Shown: positions 39,541-53,000 of the stretch, one piece after another
Position numbering within the stretch: position 1 is the stretch's first letter
How the letters are laid out: every line of letters starts with the position of its first letter
Assembly: GCA_021613535.1 (NCBI GenBank)
Contig: CP075495.1
Location: forward strand, 14,012,001 to 14,076,000
Direction of reading: 5' to 3'
DNA from: Adineta vaga
Taxonomy: Eukaryota > Animalia > Rotifera
DNA: 64,000 bases
Program-made: the position numbers and the translations under genes
Notes under the pieces: model-generated
What the model was told of the DNA's origin: nothing
What the model saw: the letters and a program-made list of their open reading frames with translations, nothing else
The model's database searches: none

Positions 39541-40273
39541 TTAAACACTAGCATCAACTGGTTGACGTTCGACGGCGAGTTTGTTTGGAACATCAATGAC
39601 ACCACTATCAACAATAACGACTTCCGATGATGGACGATCATTTGGACCAGTTTTGCTATTTTCAATTTTGTGTACAATTGACATACCTTCAAGAATTTTT
39701 CCGAAAACAACATGTCGACCATCAAGCCATTCAGTTTTAACTGTCGTTATAAAAAATTGACTACCATTTGTATCTTTGCCTAAAATAAAACTCAAATGAA
39801 GTTTCTTGTTTTTCAATTATTTAATTCTTACCTGCATTAGCCATTGAAAGCCAGCCAGCACCATAATGTTTCAATTTGAAGTTTTCATCGGGGAATTTAG
39901 CACCATAAACACTTTTACCACCTGTACCATCTCCACGGTCAAAATCACCACCTTGGATCATGAAACTTTTGATGACACGATGGAATTTGGAACCTTTATA
40001 TCCAAAACCTTTTGCACCAGTTGCTAATTGGGCAAAGTTTTCTGCTGTTTTTGGTACAACATCACCGAATAAACCAATTACAATACGACCTTCTTTTTTA
40101 CCACCAATTTCAATATCGAAATAAACTTTTTTTGTTACATAAAGCTACAAAATAAAACTTAGAAATATAAAATATTTACGTTTTGAATAGAATTTTACCT
40201 TATCATCAGCACCAAAAGCTGTTGAAGCGATGTAAACAACAAAGATAAACCCGATGAGTATCAATCCTTTCAT
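39541..40273 (-). CDS. PPIB: Cyclophilin B (ER peptidyl-prolyl isomerase); 3 coding exons
   Basis: Signal peptide; [64 protein letters not shown]. Confidence 0.95.
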
Positions 40274-41378
40274 GATGATCTGAAAAAGAAATTTAATTGG
40301 ATTATAGATCTATTTTTTGATCTCCTAATGTATAGAAGCAATCGAAGCAATACTAAATAAGTAGGGTATGCTATTTTTTTTGTATGTGTACCTTTTTTTG
40401 TAATCGCGAAAGAGAAATATTCATTCAAAATCTCGAAAAGAAAAAAAACAAAGAAACCATATAGAAATAGAGTTATTGAAAAGAATTAAATACATGCTTT
40501 CCTTTCATAGACATGTCGTATAAAAGTGTATCAGTAGAGAGAATAGAATGGAAGTGATGATTATTGCATTTTTGGCAAATAATGATTGGTTACGATTAAT
40601 TGTTTCACGAAAGAAATTCATAAGAGAAACAATATTCATATTTTCATTACAAAAAGATCATTGATTGTGAATATTAGTTCTCAGTTTCATGAAGATATTG
40701 TTTATTATTTCATCTCAATCATAAGATTTGAGAGAGGTTCTATTACTCATTTCTATTGGTTGAAAAATCACCTATTCAGTGAACAGAAAGAACACTAATC
40801 CAAACGAAAACGAGTTTTCAATTTAAAAAAGTGTAAATGAAACATGTTTGATCGTAAAATTGTAAAGAATCTTCGATCAATTGACGATGTCATATTTATA
40901 ACCATACAATCAACTGCGAGTTTCTAATAGAATTGAATAATTACTAGTTATTTGACGTGACACTCATTTGTTCGACTTATTTTGAATAAGAAGTGAAACT
41001 TGATCATCATTTTCAAAGAAAATATATACGATCTGTTAATTTCGTGTCAAATAAATCAATAGGTTATAGTCTTATAATAAATTTTATTATTCAGTAAATA
41101 ATCAAAACTGATTTGATGAAGTATTGATCGGCATAAATTGGTCGTTGAGTATGAAAGAAATGTTTTTTTTAAGAACATTAACCTGACCAACTTTGATATA
41201 AATAATGTGTCTACGAGTATAAAACATCTACTTCTTTTATTTGTGAATTTATATTATGTTGAGTATCTCTTTCTTCTGCGACATTGTGAATGATAAAATG
41301 TTTTTTCAAAAGCTTAAGCGATGGCAGTCTGTTATATAGATACAGAAACAATCTCCGCATACATTATCATTTGAGGAA

Positions 41379-42505
41379 ATGTCGACTTTATTACCAGTTG
41401 CTCTTATTTATTTTTATTCTACTACATCGATAGTCCGTAGTATTTCTATAGGGAAATTGTCTCATCAGATTTTTATTCCAACTCCTCCTCTTCTCTCTGT
41501 CTCAATCTCATACAACTATACGAGTACTTGTAACGAATGTCTTTGTTATGCAATACAATCGACAACTCCTTTTGTTGCATTAAACTGTCTAACAAATACT
41601 CGTACATGTATACTATATAGAAATTATAGTACAGATTATTTATTCTTATGGAATACAACAAGTTATGCCTATTTTTTTCAATTACCAACACGAATATTGA
41701 CTACTGTTGCTTCGCAAATAACAACTTATCAGACATCCGTACCGATGATAACAACGTATCAAACGTCAACACAAAAAATTACAAGTAAGTGATCATAGGT
41801 TTTCTATATTCATCGAAATAAATTAGCGTTTATTTGCTTGATGCTTCTATAGCTATTGCATTGTTTCTGATTGAATGACGAACAATGCGTTGTTACATTA
41901 ATTTTACATTATTTAAAATTTTTAAGGAAACCGAGTTCTTTTTTTCTAGCTGTATCAAGTACATCGTCCACTTCAACTACACGTAAATATGATGATAATT
42001 ATTAGAAAGGAATATATATTTGTTTTTCTATTTAGCGGATCCATGTACTGTACCACCAACTAACTATATTGCAATGTTCACGGCTTCATCAATTAATTAT
42101 ACATTTTATTCTTATTTAATTGTAGCACAAACGACTGGTTATGCTGATTTATCTTTTGCATTTCAAGGTGATCTTTCTGCATCATGGCATTTAGATGATG
42201 TTAGTTTTCGAGCTAAGAACGGAACAAATACTAGTGAATTATTAGTTGGTGGAGATTTCGAAAACTTTCCAGGAGGATGGTATTATACTTGTTCATTATC
42301 ATGTCCAAATTATTCCTTTGGACAGGGATCTTATTCATTTTGTCGATCCGGTGTGACGTGTTTTAAAGATGGTTGTCAAGGACTATATGATTTTTTAAAG
42401 CAAGGTGTTTGGCTTAAAACGAATGTTGCATACAATTTAAGCTTTTGGATGTATTTGGATATTGGAGGAGGACCAGCACCTCGTAGTTATGTTAGTCTAC
42501 AATAG
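41379..42505 (+). CDS. Secreted protein: Apple/PAN-like N-module, Thr-rich linker, galactose-binding/CBM-like domain; exons 41379-41784, 41950-41982, 42036-42505
   Basis: Signal peptide; CNECLC...ALNC...C.LY module; WHLDDVS...ELLVGGDFE...LKQ...YNLSFW; phase-1 introns. Confidence 0.65.
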
Positions 42506-42893
42506 TACAGAAAATTATATTCATTCAACTACTCCTATTGTTGTTATTCATTTTTTTCTGATTTCATTTGAATACGATTCTGTTTTCTTCTACTAACAAG
42601 TAAAATTGTTTCTTAATTACGATGATGGATGACTGAGAAATTATTTATGAGAAAAAGAATGATGTGAATTCTAACAAAATATCCTTTCTATGTTTAAATG
42701 AATGAACACTATGTATGATTAGTCAAAATAGATTCGTCAATGGTTTTTCCGAGATCATTTTGAATTCTTCCATTTTCTAAATTGACAGAAGGTTGCTTGA
42801 AATATTAAAAAAAAGCATCAAGATATTCAACTAGTTTTCTTTCAAGATTGAGTATTCAAAAGAAGAAGTTCGTTTATATCATATTGATATAAG

Positions 42894-44878
42894 ATGATGC
42901 TGATCATTATATTATTTTTTATTGTTTTTCATGATCAAACAATTCTTCAAAGTCTAGGTGTTCCTATAGGATATTTACCTTCTCGAATATACGTACCATT
43001 ATCATCAACTACTAATCTGTCAATTTTAATATCTTATTCAATTAATTGCAATGAATGTCTGTGTTATGGATTAAGATCAAATATCACAACATATGTTGCA
43101 GTAAATTGTTTTATAGATTCACATTTCTGTCAGTTTTATACGGAATACGCAACAGATTATATATTTCAATGGAATTCATCGAGTGATTTGTATTTCTTTC
43201 AATTTCCAACACGTAAAACAAAAATCTCTTCTCAGATGACAACAACTTCGGCAGGTAAATAATGATTTGACTGAAGAGTGAATCTTCATATAAATGGAAT
43301 GGAAGATAGTGTTGTGTTCGGTTTGATTTTTAGAAATGTGTAGTTTATCGTGTGAGAATAATGGTCTCTGTATAGGAGTGAACACATGCTTATGCACAGA
43401 AAATGAATGGACTGGATCACTCTGTCGAACACGTATGTTGATCAAATTTCTTGGAGAAACATTTTCTTTTAAATTGAATTCTATTTTGATAGCTGTAATG
43501 GTCATGTGGCCGTTTGATTATAATCTTAATGATTTATATCATAATTACCAAGGTGTCGGCATCAATGAACCAACATATAATTCACCAGGCATAAATGGAT
43601 ATGGAACAAGTCTTTATCTTAATGTTACATCTCGTCAATCTGTAACAGTTTCTTCATTGTCCCTGTTCAATATGATTGATCTATCATTTACATTATCTCT
43701 ATGGATTAAAGCTAACTCATTGTACTACTCAGTTTTTAATGTGGTTACAAATGCCAATGCTCTACTTAGTCAAATTGATTACGAAACATCCAGTCGGATT
43801 CTGTACATTGCAGTTCGTAATGGAAACACCATTTTCACATTTTTTAATAGTACATTATCAAGTAACACGATTCTTACGACAAATACATGGTATCATGTAA
43901 GGATTTCTTTCTATAATTCTAACTTAAAGACTACCATTCTATTTATATTTAGATGTCATTTCTCTATGATTCATCAACATTGATACAATCTATATATCTT
44001 AATGGTATTCTTGATATTTCATTTGTATCCCAAGGATCATATCCTGCTGCAACAGGAGATTTTAATATTGGTGCTGATAGTATTAATGGAAGTACGGGTT
44101 CTTGGGATGGTCGTATTGACCAAGTTGCTTATTTTGCAAGAGCTAAAAAGTATAAAAAAATCCCAATAAATAAAAATCTTTCTTTACCATGAAATATCTA
44201 TATTTTTTTAGTGCAACAGAAATTCTTCGTGATGCGACTCTTACATTGCAATATACTTTCGACAATACTCTTCTTGATAATGGACCATTGGGAATTAATG
44301 GAACAGGTGTGAATATTTCTTATTCAAATACTGGTCGTTTCAATCAAAGTTTATCTTTATCTGTCAATCAGTCATATGTTCAAGGCAAAAATCTTATTTT
44401 ATTAGGTACAAAGAATCAATCATATTCTTTATCGGTTTGGATAAAACCATCTATCAATACACGAGGGACAATTATTCATGTTTCATCTCAAACAAACGGT
44501 CTTGGCTGGTGTATGCCTATGATGGGATTCACTAATACAAGCTCTATTAATGTACAAAGTTATAATCTTACTTGTATTAGTATAACGGGTCCAACAATTC
44601 CGTTGAATCGATGGACACATGTAACGGTTACTTATTCAACTTCCGTGGGTTTACGTCTCTATGTAAATGGAACTCAATATGGTACATCAACGGGACCGTA
44701 TTTTTATAGTGCAGCTAACAATCCTGTAACTGCAACGCTCGGTTCTTCTCTAAGTGGAACAAGTAGCTGCTACGCATGCGGAATTATCAAATCTCAATAC
44801 TACGGATTAATCGATGAATTTCATATATATTCAAGAGAATTATCGGCAGTTGACGTTTCAAAACTTGCTAATTTATAA
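42894..44878 (+). CDS. Secreted protein: same Apple/PAN-like N-module, EGF, two LamG-like jelly-roll domains; 5 exons
   Basis: Signal; CNECLC...AVNC...C.FY; EGF exon ~43333-43412; LamG-like motifs SFTLSLWIK...NTWYH...IYLNG...GRIDQV and SYSLSVWIK...WTHVTVTY...LYVNG...GLIDEFHIYSRELS. Confidence 0.75.
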
Positions 44879-45086
44879 ATGACTTTCACTGCATGATTCA
44901 TATTTTTATCAACATACATTGTCGAATTAGAATGCATATTCTTCTAAAGATTAAAATCGATATTTATTGAATAAATTTATTGAATATTTTTTTCTAACGT
45001 ATGAAAATATTTAAATTCACAACAATTTCAAATAGAGATAAATAGAACATCTGACATTTGATCAAATAACGAAAAAAAAATTCATT

Positions 45087-46658
45087 TCAAGTAGTATTTT
45101 GTACATCTGTCATTGCCGAACTAGCTTTTCGTTTTGTTGATTGTTTCATTGATCGAGTTTCAGTTCGATCCGTTCTCTTGCGCATTTTTTGATATTCATT
45201 CTGTTGATATTGTGTTAATAATATATCATTCGTTAAATCATTCTTATCTAAATATTTCTGAATATCATATGTATTTATAAGTAATTGTTCTTGATTAATA
45301 AGAATATTGTCATCTTGATTATGTCTTGACTGATAGAATTGTACAAGACGAAGATAATCGATTTCATGTATTTGAGCAGGTACAGTATGACGACGTAGAT
45401 TAGAGAGGATTTTTGTTGTCGTTGTTAATTGTAAAATAGTTTTGATTGAATCAAATAGAATAAAATCGAATTTGCCGAGACTTATAAATGGAATTGTATG
45501 CGAACGAAAATGAATTATTCCACCACATTGTGCTAAGACACTAAAATAAAGAAGAACAGTTACATAAATCATTAAATAAAAGAAATTATTCCATATTTTC
45601 TTACGTTTTATAACTTTTATTTACGTCACGTTGATTTTGTACTAATTTAACATAAACAATTCTTGAGATTCCAAATATTAGATAATAAAGATCGATCAGT
45701 AGAAGATCTTTATGTAATGAAAAATCGATTGAAGATGATGATGAGATAATTCGCTCAAATGTTTGAATATCATTTGCATTTGCTTTTACAGTAAAATCAA
45801 TAAGAAATAATTGTTCTTGATCAGTAAGTAGTTCACAATCAAGTATAACTTGATAAGGAAGAAAACGTATTTGTTCAGATTTAATTATATATGGCACACA
45901 AATATTATTGATTTGTACCCAATGATTTGTTGATGAACTTTCGCCTATTGATCGTTGAGAAACTAATTATTAGAATAGAAAAAATGAATAAATATTTAAT
46001 AGATGAAAATTTCCGTACCTTTTTTATTGATTTTTATCGGTGTGATATTTCCTTTTTTTTCCACTAGATTCTCAGATGTATGATTTTTTTCTAGTAATTT
46101 TTTCTTCGTATTTGCTGTCGATGTTGCGATTCCAATAGGTATTGTTGGAAAAATAGATGGTGAGTTTGTTAAACTTGATTCATCTGGCGGACTTGTCTGT
46201 ACTATTTGTTTTGCTCGTTCAATAAAATCCAGAACATCTTCCCAATCGAGTAATTGATCGACTAATTTTCGAGAAAAATAAATAAATAAAACAAATTCAT
46301 CGAATGTTATTTACGTCCACCAATGATTGGAAATTTCAAAGTGCCATCCATATGCCATGAAAAAATGTGATGCATTAATTTAACTTCATTCTCTGTCATT
46401 GTGTATGCTTGAGCAATTGGATCTAAATTTGTAAATGATGATCGAGCTATTTCTTGCCATTGTGTTGAATTAGCAAGAACACGTTCGATATATCGTTTGA
46501 CAACAAAACGTCGATCAGAACTATGAATAAGTAGAAAATTTAGTGATGAGAAGAAGAAATGTTAATGTTTACCGATATAATAGAGCGATTATTTGATTAT
46601 CCCATTCTTCCCAAGAAAAATGATGTAAAGAAGGAGAAAGAACTTTATTCGTAGTCAT
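45087..46658 (-). CDS. Uncharacterised protein, multi-exon
   Basis: Spliceable ORF chain: HHFSWEEW...VKRYIERVL; YTMTENEVKLMHHI..WH; WVQINNICVPYIIK...LPY; GGIIHFRSHTIPFI (internally repeated motif). Confidence 0.6.
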
Positions 46659-46852
46659 ATCATTGAAAACTCGATCTAAAAAGATTTCATTTTTCGTTTT
46701 TGATCAGACAGAAAAGAAAATTTATTTCTAATTAATCATTCATTGAAATTCATGTTGAGTATTAGTTAGACAAACAAATAACTAGTATACAAAAACAAAT
46801 ATATTAAGAATTGTTCTGATTTCATTTGTGTTGGTTGTTTTTTGGATGGATA

Positions 46853-48841
46853 TCAGACATGAACTGAGTCGTCTTTGGTTGGAGCTTGTTGAGGAATAAG
46901 ACTTTCACGATTCTAAAAAAAGAGATAAACATTAAGAAAAAGACTTGACTGAAGCCTCTTCAACTTACTTCATAGGTCCAAAAACTACCAATATCAACTA
47001 ATATGGAAAGGACTAAACCACCTTGTCCGCTAAAGAAAATGAATATAAAGATTAGATCATTGTTTATTTCTTCCTCTCTACAATCAAAATAATTACTTAC
47101 CAATTAATCAGATCTTTCAATGTAATACGCATCGAATCCACTGGTTTAACCATATCAAATATTTCATTTTGAACATTATTGAATGGTGGTATTTCTGTTA
47201 ATGGTCTTGTTGATAACATTTGAATCATACCCTAAATTAAGAGAAAAAAAACGAATATTAATTATCTATGTTGTCCGAATGATCGAATTAGTTTACTCGA
47301 TAAAAGTAATTTAAATCTCCTGGATGTAAATAACCTTTATTATCAATATCCATAATTTGAAATAAATATCGAAGACCTTGTGAGGAATTTCGATTATCCA
47401 GTGCAAGAACGAAATCTAAATATGATTTATAATCCATTTCTCCACCATAAGTTAAACATTCTTGAAAAACACGTGTGATAAATACTGGTGTTAAAGTACC
47501 AGAACTGTATCTAAATGTACAAGAGAATCAACGTATTTTGAATATATTCTTGAACAAAAAAAAATGAAATTTTTACTTGGCTAATTCATCGCGTGACAAT
47601 AAACCATTATGATCTTTATCTAATTGTAAATAACGAGTATAAATTTTCGATGCGGATTGACATGAAAACCAATTTTGTTCAAGATCATCAGGATCCGCAT
47701 CTTCTTCACGTAACTAAATCGAGAAAGAAAAAGCAACTTATTTTGAAATTCAGTCTTAATTTACTTCAAGTAATTTATCCAAATAACCACTACAAAGTAT
47801 ATCTGGTATAGCAATACGTCCTGTACGTAATGGATCCAAGAAGAAGAAGAATTTTCGTACAGCTGTACAAACATAAAATTTATAGAATGTCTTTTGTAAT
47901 TGTGATAATTGATGCATTGTAGGAATTAATTCTAATATATAATCTTCTAAATCCTATTACAAGACATATACAAATGAATTTCATATGAAAAGTAAATAAA
48001 ACTTACAGATTCTCGAAGGTAACCTTGACCAACACTATCATAAAGTGATAAACCCATACGAGAATGATAATACCACATTTTACGCATGGTATATTGATAG
48101 AGATCAAGAATACGTACACGACCATAAGGATCATTGTGATAAAGATCAGCAAAGATTGTTGGTGGGAAAAGGTTTCTATAAAATAAATCAATAACAAATT
48201 TATGAAAGGATTTCTATTCAACTATACGCTATATCTGGACTTGATTTTTGAACTACACGCATAAAATCATCATAATTGATTTTCGGGGAATCAGGATCGA
48301 GTGGAGGTGAAGCATTTTCTTCTAATAATGCTAACAAAGACTAGAAAAAGAGAGATATCAATTAATTCCAATTTTTCTTTTCATTTCAATCTATTCTTAC
48401 ATGTACTTCATCACTATTAACAATTTCTTGACTTTTTCGATGCAAAAATAAAGCTCGTGCTTCTTCACGTAATTTTCTACCAAGTGGATCATTTGGAATC
48501 TATAATATAAATCAACATCAATAATAAAGAAGAAAATAAATAAATCGATCATTTCTATACATGTTCATAAAATTGTGGAATGGTTGGCATATGTTGTTGT
48601 GAATATGCTCTTGTCACATCTGTATGTGTATTTAATTTTCTAGGTGATATGGGTTCATTCTGATGGTGTACGTCGCGTTGATCTCTTAGATATCTTGTAA
48701 ATAAGTCCAATTCTAAAGAGAATATTGAATTCCTGAATGTATTTGATAATGAATTGAAAAGAACTTTAAATTACCATCTTCAGCTGTAATTGGTTTTGGT
48801 TCTTTCAATTGTTTCTTCAAATTTTCCACAATTTTATCCAT
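46853..48841 (-). CDS. PPP2R3C: PP2A regulatory subunit B'' gamma, multi-exon
   Basis: KLREEARAYFLHRKSQE, TRMGLSLYDSVGQGYLRESDLE, AVRKFFFFLDPLRTGRI, YLQLDKDHNGLLSRDEL, TYGGEMDYKSYLDFVLALDNR, NEIFDMVKP. Confidence 0.93.
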
Positions 48842-48883
48842 CTAGAACAAATAAATAAATATCATTGTTAGAGACTTTTTCTT

Positions 48884-50000
48884 TTAGAAAAATCGATAAT
48901 ACAATTGACGAGTGATTTTGACAAGAAGAAAACATGCAAGTATAAATAGAAAGAATACTAAATTAAAACAAACAATCACTAAATGACGACGTTCATGTAA
49001 CCATTGTTTAACTTCTGTCCATGATGCCCATAGAAGCCAACAGATAAAATGCGCAAATGGTAGTGGTACTTTCGTCATTAGCCATATTGTCAATTGATTA
49101 GCCCAACCGGGTGTACAAAATCGATCACCACGTAAACAAGCATCAACAATTTGTTGAGCAACTTGTTCAGAAGTTAAATTAACAAATGGTAAACGAAATA
49201 TAACAGATTCATTATGGCGATCAAATTCAGTATTCAATGTTGGTCCAGGTGTTACTAATAGCAGAGAAAGATTTGAATATTCGTTCATTTGTTCAATTTC
49301 ATAAGAAAGAGCAGTTGTAAATTGAGTTAGATAGGCTTTGGTTGATGCATAAACAATTGACGTGGTGAAGACATATAAGATATTTCACTTGAAATATTCA
49401 CAATACGAGATGGACGATTGAGCATGTTAGATAAATAATGACGAATAAGAGAAGTTGGCACATGTATATGTAATGCCATCATTTGTTCGAAAGAATTATC
49501 GTTTAATTCTGTTTGAAGAAATGGTTTTGTACAACCTCGTCCAGCATTATTAATAAGTATATCAATATTGACATTTTTTAATGAATCTATTTGATTGATT
49601 AGTTTTTCTGTTGCATTTAATTCTGTAAGATCTTGAATTATAATATGAATTTGAATTTTATCATTGATTTGTCGAAGTTCATCGACCAATGTATCCAATT
49701 TCATTCGTGATCTAGCGACCATAATTAAATTAAAATCATGTCGAATAAGATATCGACAAATTTGAGCACCAATACCACTTGAAGCACCTGTTACAAGTGC
49801 ATATGATGTTTGATTAGCGACAAGAGGTGAATAACGGATTGTTTCTTCGATGAAAATAGATAACCAATAAACATGAAAAGAAGATAGGCGATAATATAGA
49901 ATTTACATAGAAGACCAAGATAACCAACAGGAAGACAATGAAAGCAGACTAGAATAGTGACTGTTGCCAATGGCGACGAAGGCAATAAATACGAAGTCAT
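48884..50000 (-). pseudogene. Intronless short-chain dehydrogenase/reductase with two apparent 1-bp deletions (~49843, ~49357)
   Basis: ALVTGASSGIG, DILINNAG, IVNISS and YASTK are all present, but the hydrophobic N-terminus, Rossmann core and YASTK/C-terminal part lie in three different frames; no usable intron found to join them. Confidence 0.7.
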
Positions 50001-50095
50001 ATCTAGAAAAAAGGCTAATCAATTCTTATTATGAAATTCATATGTATATATATATATATTTTTCAATAAACAAAAATAAACAGCAGAAATTCTGT

Positions 50096-53000
50096 TCAAT
50101 GATGTATAGTTAAATTTGGATGACGACTTCGGAGAAATGTTAATGTAACACAATCAATATCTGTATTTCCAGTTAGGTCAATCACAAGCAAATTATTCTA
50201 AAATAAGTATCGAATAAGGAAAAAACAAATCAAAATTAGTTAACTTGTTATTATTTTACCATTGTTTGTTGTTCAAATAATTTACGTATTCCATTGGATG
50301 TGAATTTATTCTGTGAAAGGTTCAACGTTTTCAATTGATCTAAGCACAATTTTCCTAATTGATCAAATATACCATCCGTAAGATTATTTTCTAAAAAAGA
50401 AAAAAAGAAAATTTATTAAATAAAATACAAACCATAGACATAAATCACCTGAGAGATTGATGGAATAAATAAACATGAAATTTTCAAAGACTTTTAGTAT
50501 ACAGATTGTTTGTTCTAATCGTAAACTTAGACGTTGAAGAGATAAGTCAAATTTATCAAAAAATTGCTTTAATGCCGATCGAATATTCGAATAAGCCGCT
50601 AAGATAATATCAAAAAGATTTCAATTAAATGTAAAACACAATTCATTTACCCATTTTATTCACTTTACAAAGTTGTTCATAAACAAAAACTGGATCTTTT
50701 TCAACATAAGTTGCTTTTATCTAAGTACATACAATATGATATTCCCAATCTTGTCGATCGTAGAGTGTGACAGAACAAGCATAGATATTATAATTATCAT
50801 GTAAACGTTTAAGAACTTGATAACGAAGACTAGTTAATGTATCTGATGGAGACCTAGAACAAGAAATTCATTTCAAACGAATGTATAAATATATATATCT
50901 TACATTGGTATGCGAAGTTTTTTATCATCCTGTGTTCGTTGAGTTGTATTTGCTAAACATCGAATAATTCGAGTTGATAGATCATGTGATACAGAAGGTT
51001 GAAGAACAATTGTAGTTGTCGTTGCTGATGTTGCAATCGTATTCGTTGATGATGTGGATGATGGGCGTCGAGATCGTGTAACTGATTTCGGTGTCATTAC
51101 TTGTAAAACAGGTGATAATGATGGCGTGAGATGAGTAGGAACAGGTGAATCTTTTTTCAATGGTGAAAATAAATCTATATCATCAAAATTGATAAGATCA
51201 ATATTATTTGTTGATTGCAATGGAAGAGGAGATGGAGGAACAGGTTGTATAATTTTTGGTGGTGATTTTGTCTCAGTTGTTGTTCGTCTGCGTTTTCGTG
51301 CTGGTGTATGTGAAGAGGAAACAGATGGTGAACGCGATCTTTGAAGACGTTGTTTTCGTGTTTTTGTATTTGCTGAATGATCAACTTCGATAGGTTCAGT
51401 ATCATCAACAACCCAATTTTTTTCATTATTAGTTGTTCGTTCATATTCAGCATCAGAAATAAATGGTGTCAATTTAGATTTTTTCATTATTACTGGTGGC
51501 TAAATAAGATAATTAGTTGTTCATTTTCAATGATAAGAAGAAATATATTTCATATACTCGTTTATCTGTTGATGTTGCATCATCATCATCTGTTCGAATT
51601 CCTCGTCGAATATTGTTCATAATACTTTTATATTGTGGTCGTTTATCAGTCTTTTTTTCTAAGACATCATCGATACTATCATTACTATTTGAATTATGTT
51701 CAACTGTTAAACTGTTAATAATAACGAGAAAATAATATACAAATGAGTTTTGTTTAAAATTTTACTCACGTATCTTCTTCATCAGAATCGTTTCCAAAAT
51801 CACTACGAATAACTCGTTGTGTACAATATGTTGGCTCATCCTCTAAATATTAAAAAGTACATTTATGTTTGAGTAATAATTCAGAGCTATGAATAAATCA
51901 GAAAATTACTTCTCATTGATATTAAAAGTAATTCTTTCAATCGAGTAAATCTTCTTCGATCATCTGGTGTCATATTTTCATCATACAATGTTAAATAATC
52001 TACAGCTGTATAACCCTTAAAATACGAAAAAAAAGTATTAGTTCTCTTTTGTTTAAAAGTCGAAAATTCCAACTCACATTATTAGTTCGTATATTTGTTT
52101 TAGCACCATATGAAAGTAGAACTTCAATTATATCTAATCGTCCACTATTACAAGCATCAATCAACGTAGTAATTCCATTATTTGCTCTGACATTAATATT
52201 GGCTTTACAATCTAATAGATATCGAACGATATCTACATGACCATGATTAGCTGCTTCATGCAATGGTGTCCAACCATGATTATCTTGAAGATTAATATCA
52301 TCCTAAATAAATTCTTATTTATTAAAGAAATTAAAGATAGTTAAGATTATTTACTCCTTCTGAAATAAATTGTTTTACTTTTCTTAAACCATTTTTCTCT
52401 TTACAAGCTAAATGTAGACGACTTTCACCATAACAATTTCTCCAGACTTTTTTCCTCTAATAAAAAAACAACAACAAAATACAGATCATCAAGAAAAGCA
52501 AAATTAAATATTTTACCAGTCGACTTTTACTACGTAATGTTGAATCCAGTTCATTTTCATCTTCACCATCTTCATCTTCATTTTCCGATTCATCAGAAAG
52601 TGTTGCTAAAACTGCTTCATCATCATCATCAGTACCTTCTTCTTCATCTTCATCATCGTTTGATTGTAAAGAATCAGTTATTTCACTCGTCGTACGTTCT
52701 GAACGTCGTAAAATTTCACTATAATTATCTTCAGTGATTGGTGGTTGAATATTAGCCATAAATTCTTCTAAATCATCATCCAAATGTATACTAGAATCAC
52801 GTAATTTCATAGCAAAGACAAGTGCAACAGCCATTCTCTAAGCATAAAAAGCTAAATTAATAGAATAATATGAGAAATTTAGTGTTTACAATTAAACTTT
52901 GATCATTCGTAGATCGAGCAATGGTTAGAACTCGTCGAAATGTTGTTATTCGTACATCAACATCGACTTTCAATCGATATTCACATTTAATTATTTCACA

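Noticed and set aside
33606-40273. Second operon (PPIB > EIF2B4 > DUSP11 > Tctex)
   Set aside because: Co-oriented, but gaps are about 330-530 bp, enough for separate promoters; evidence too weak
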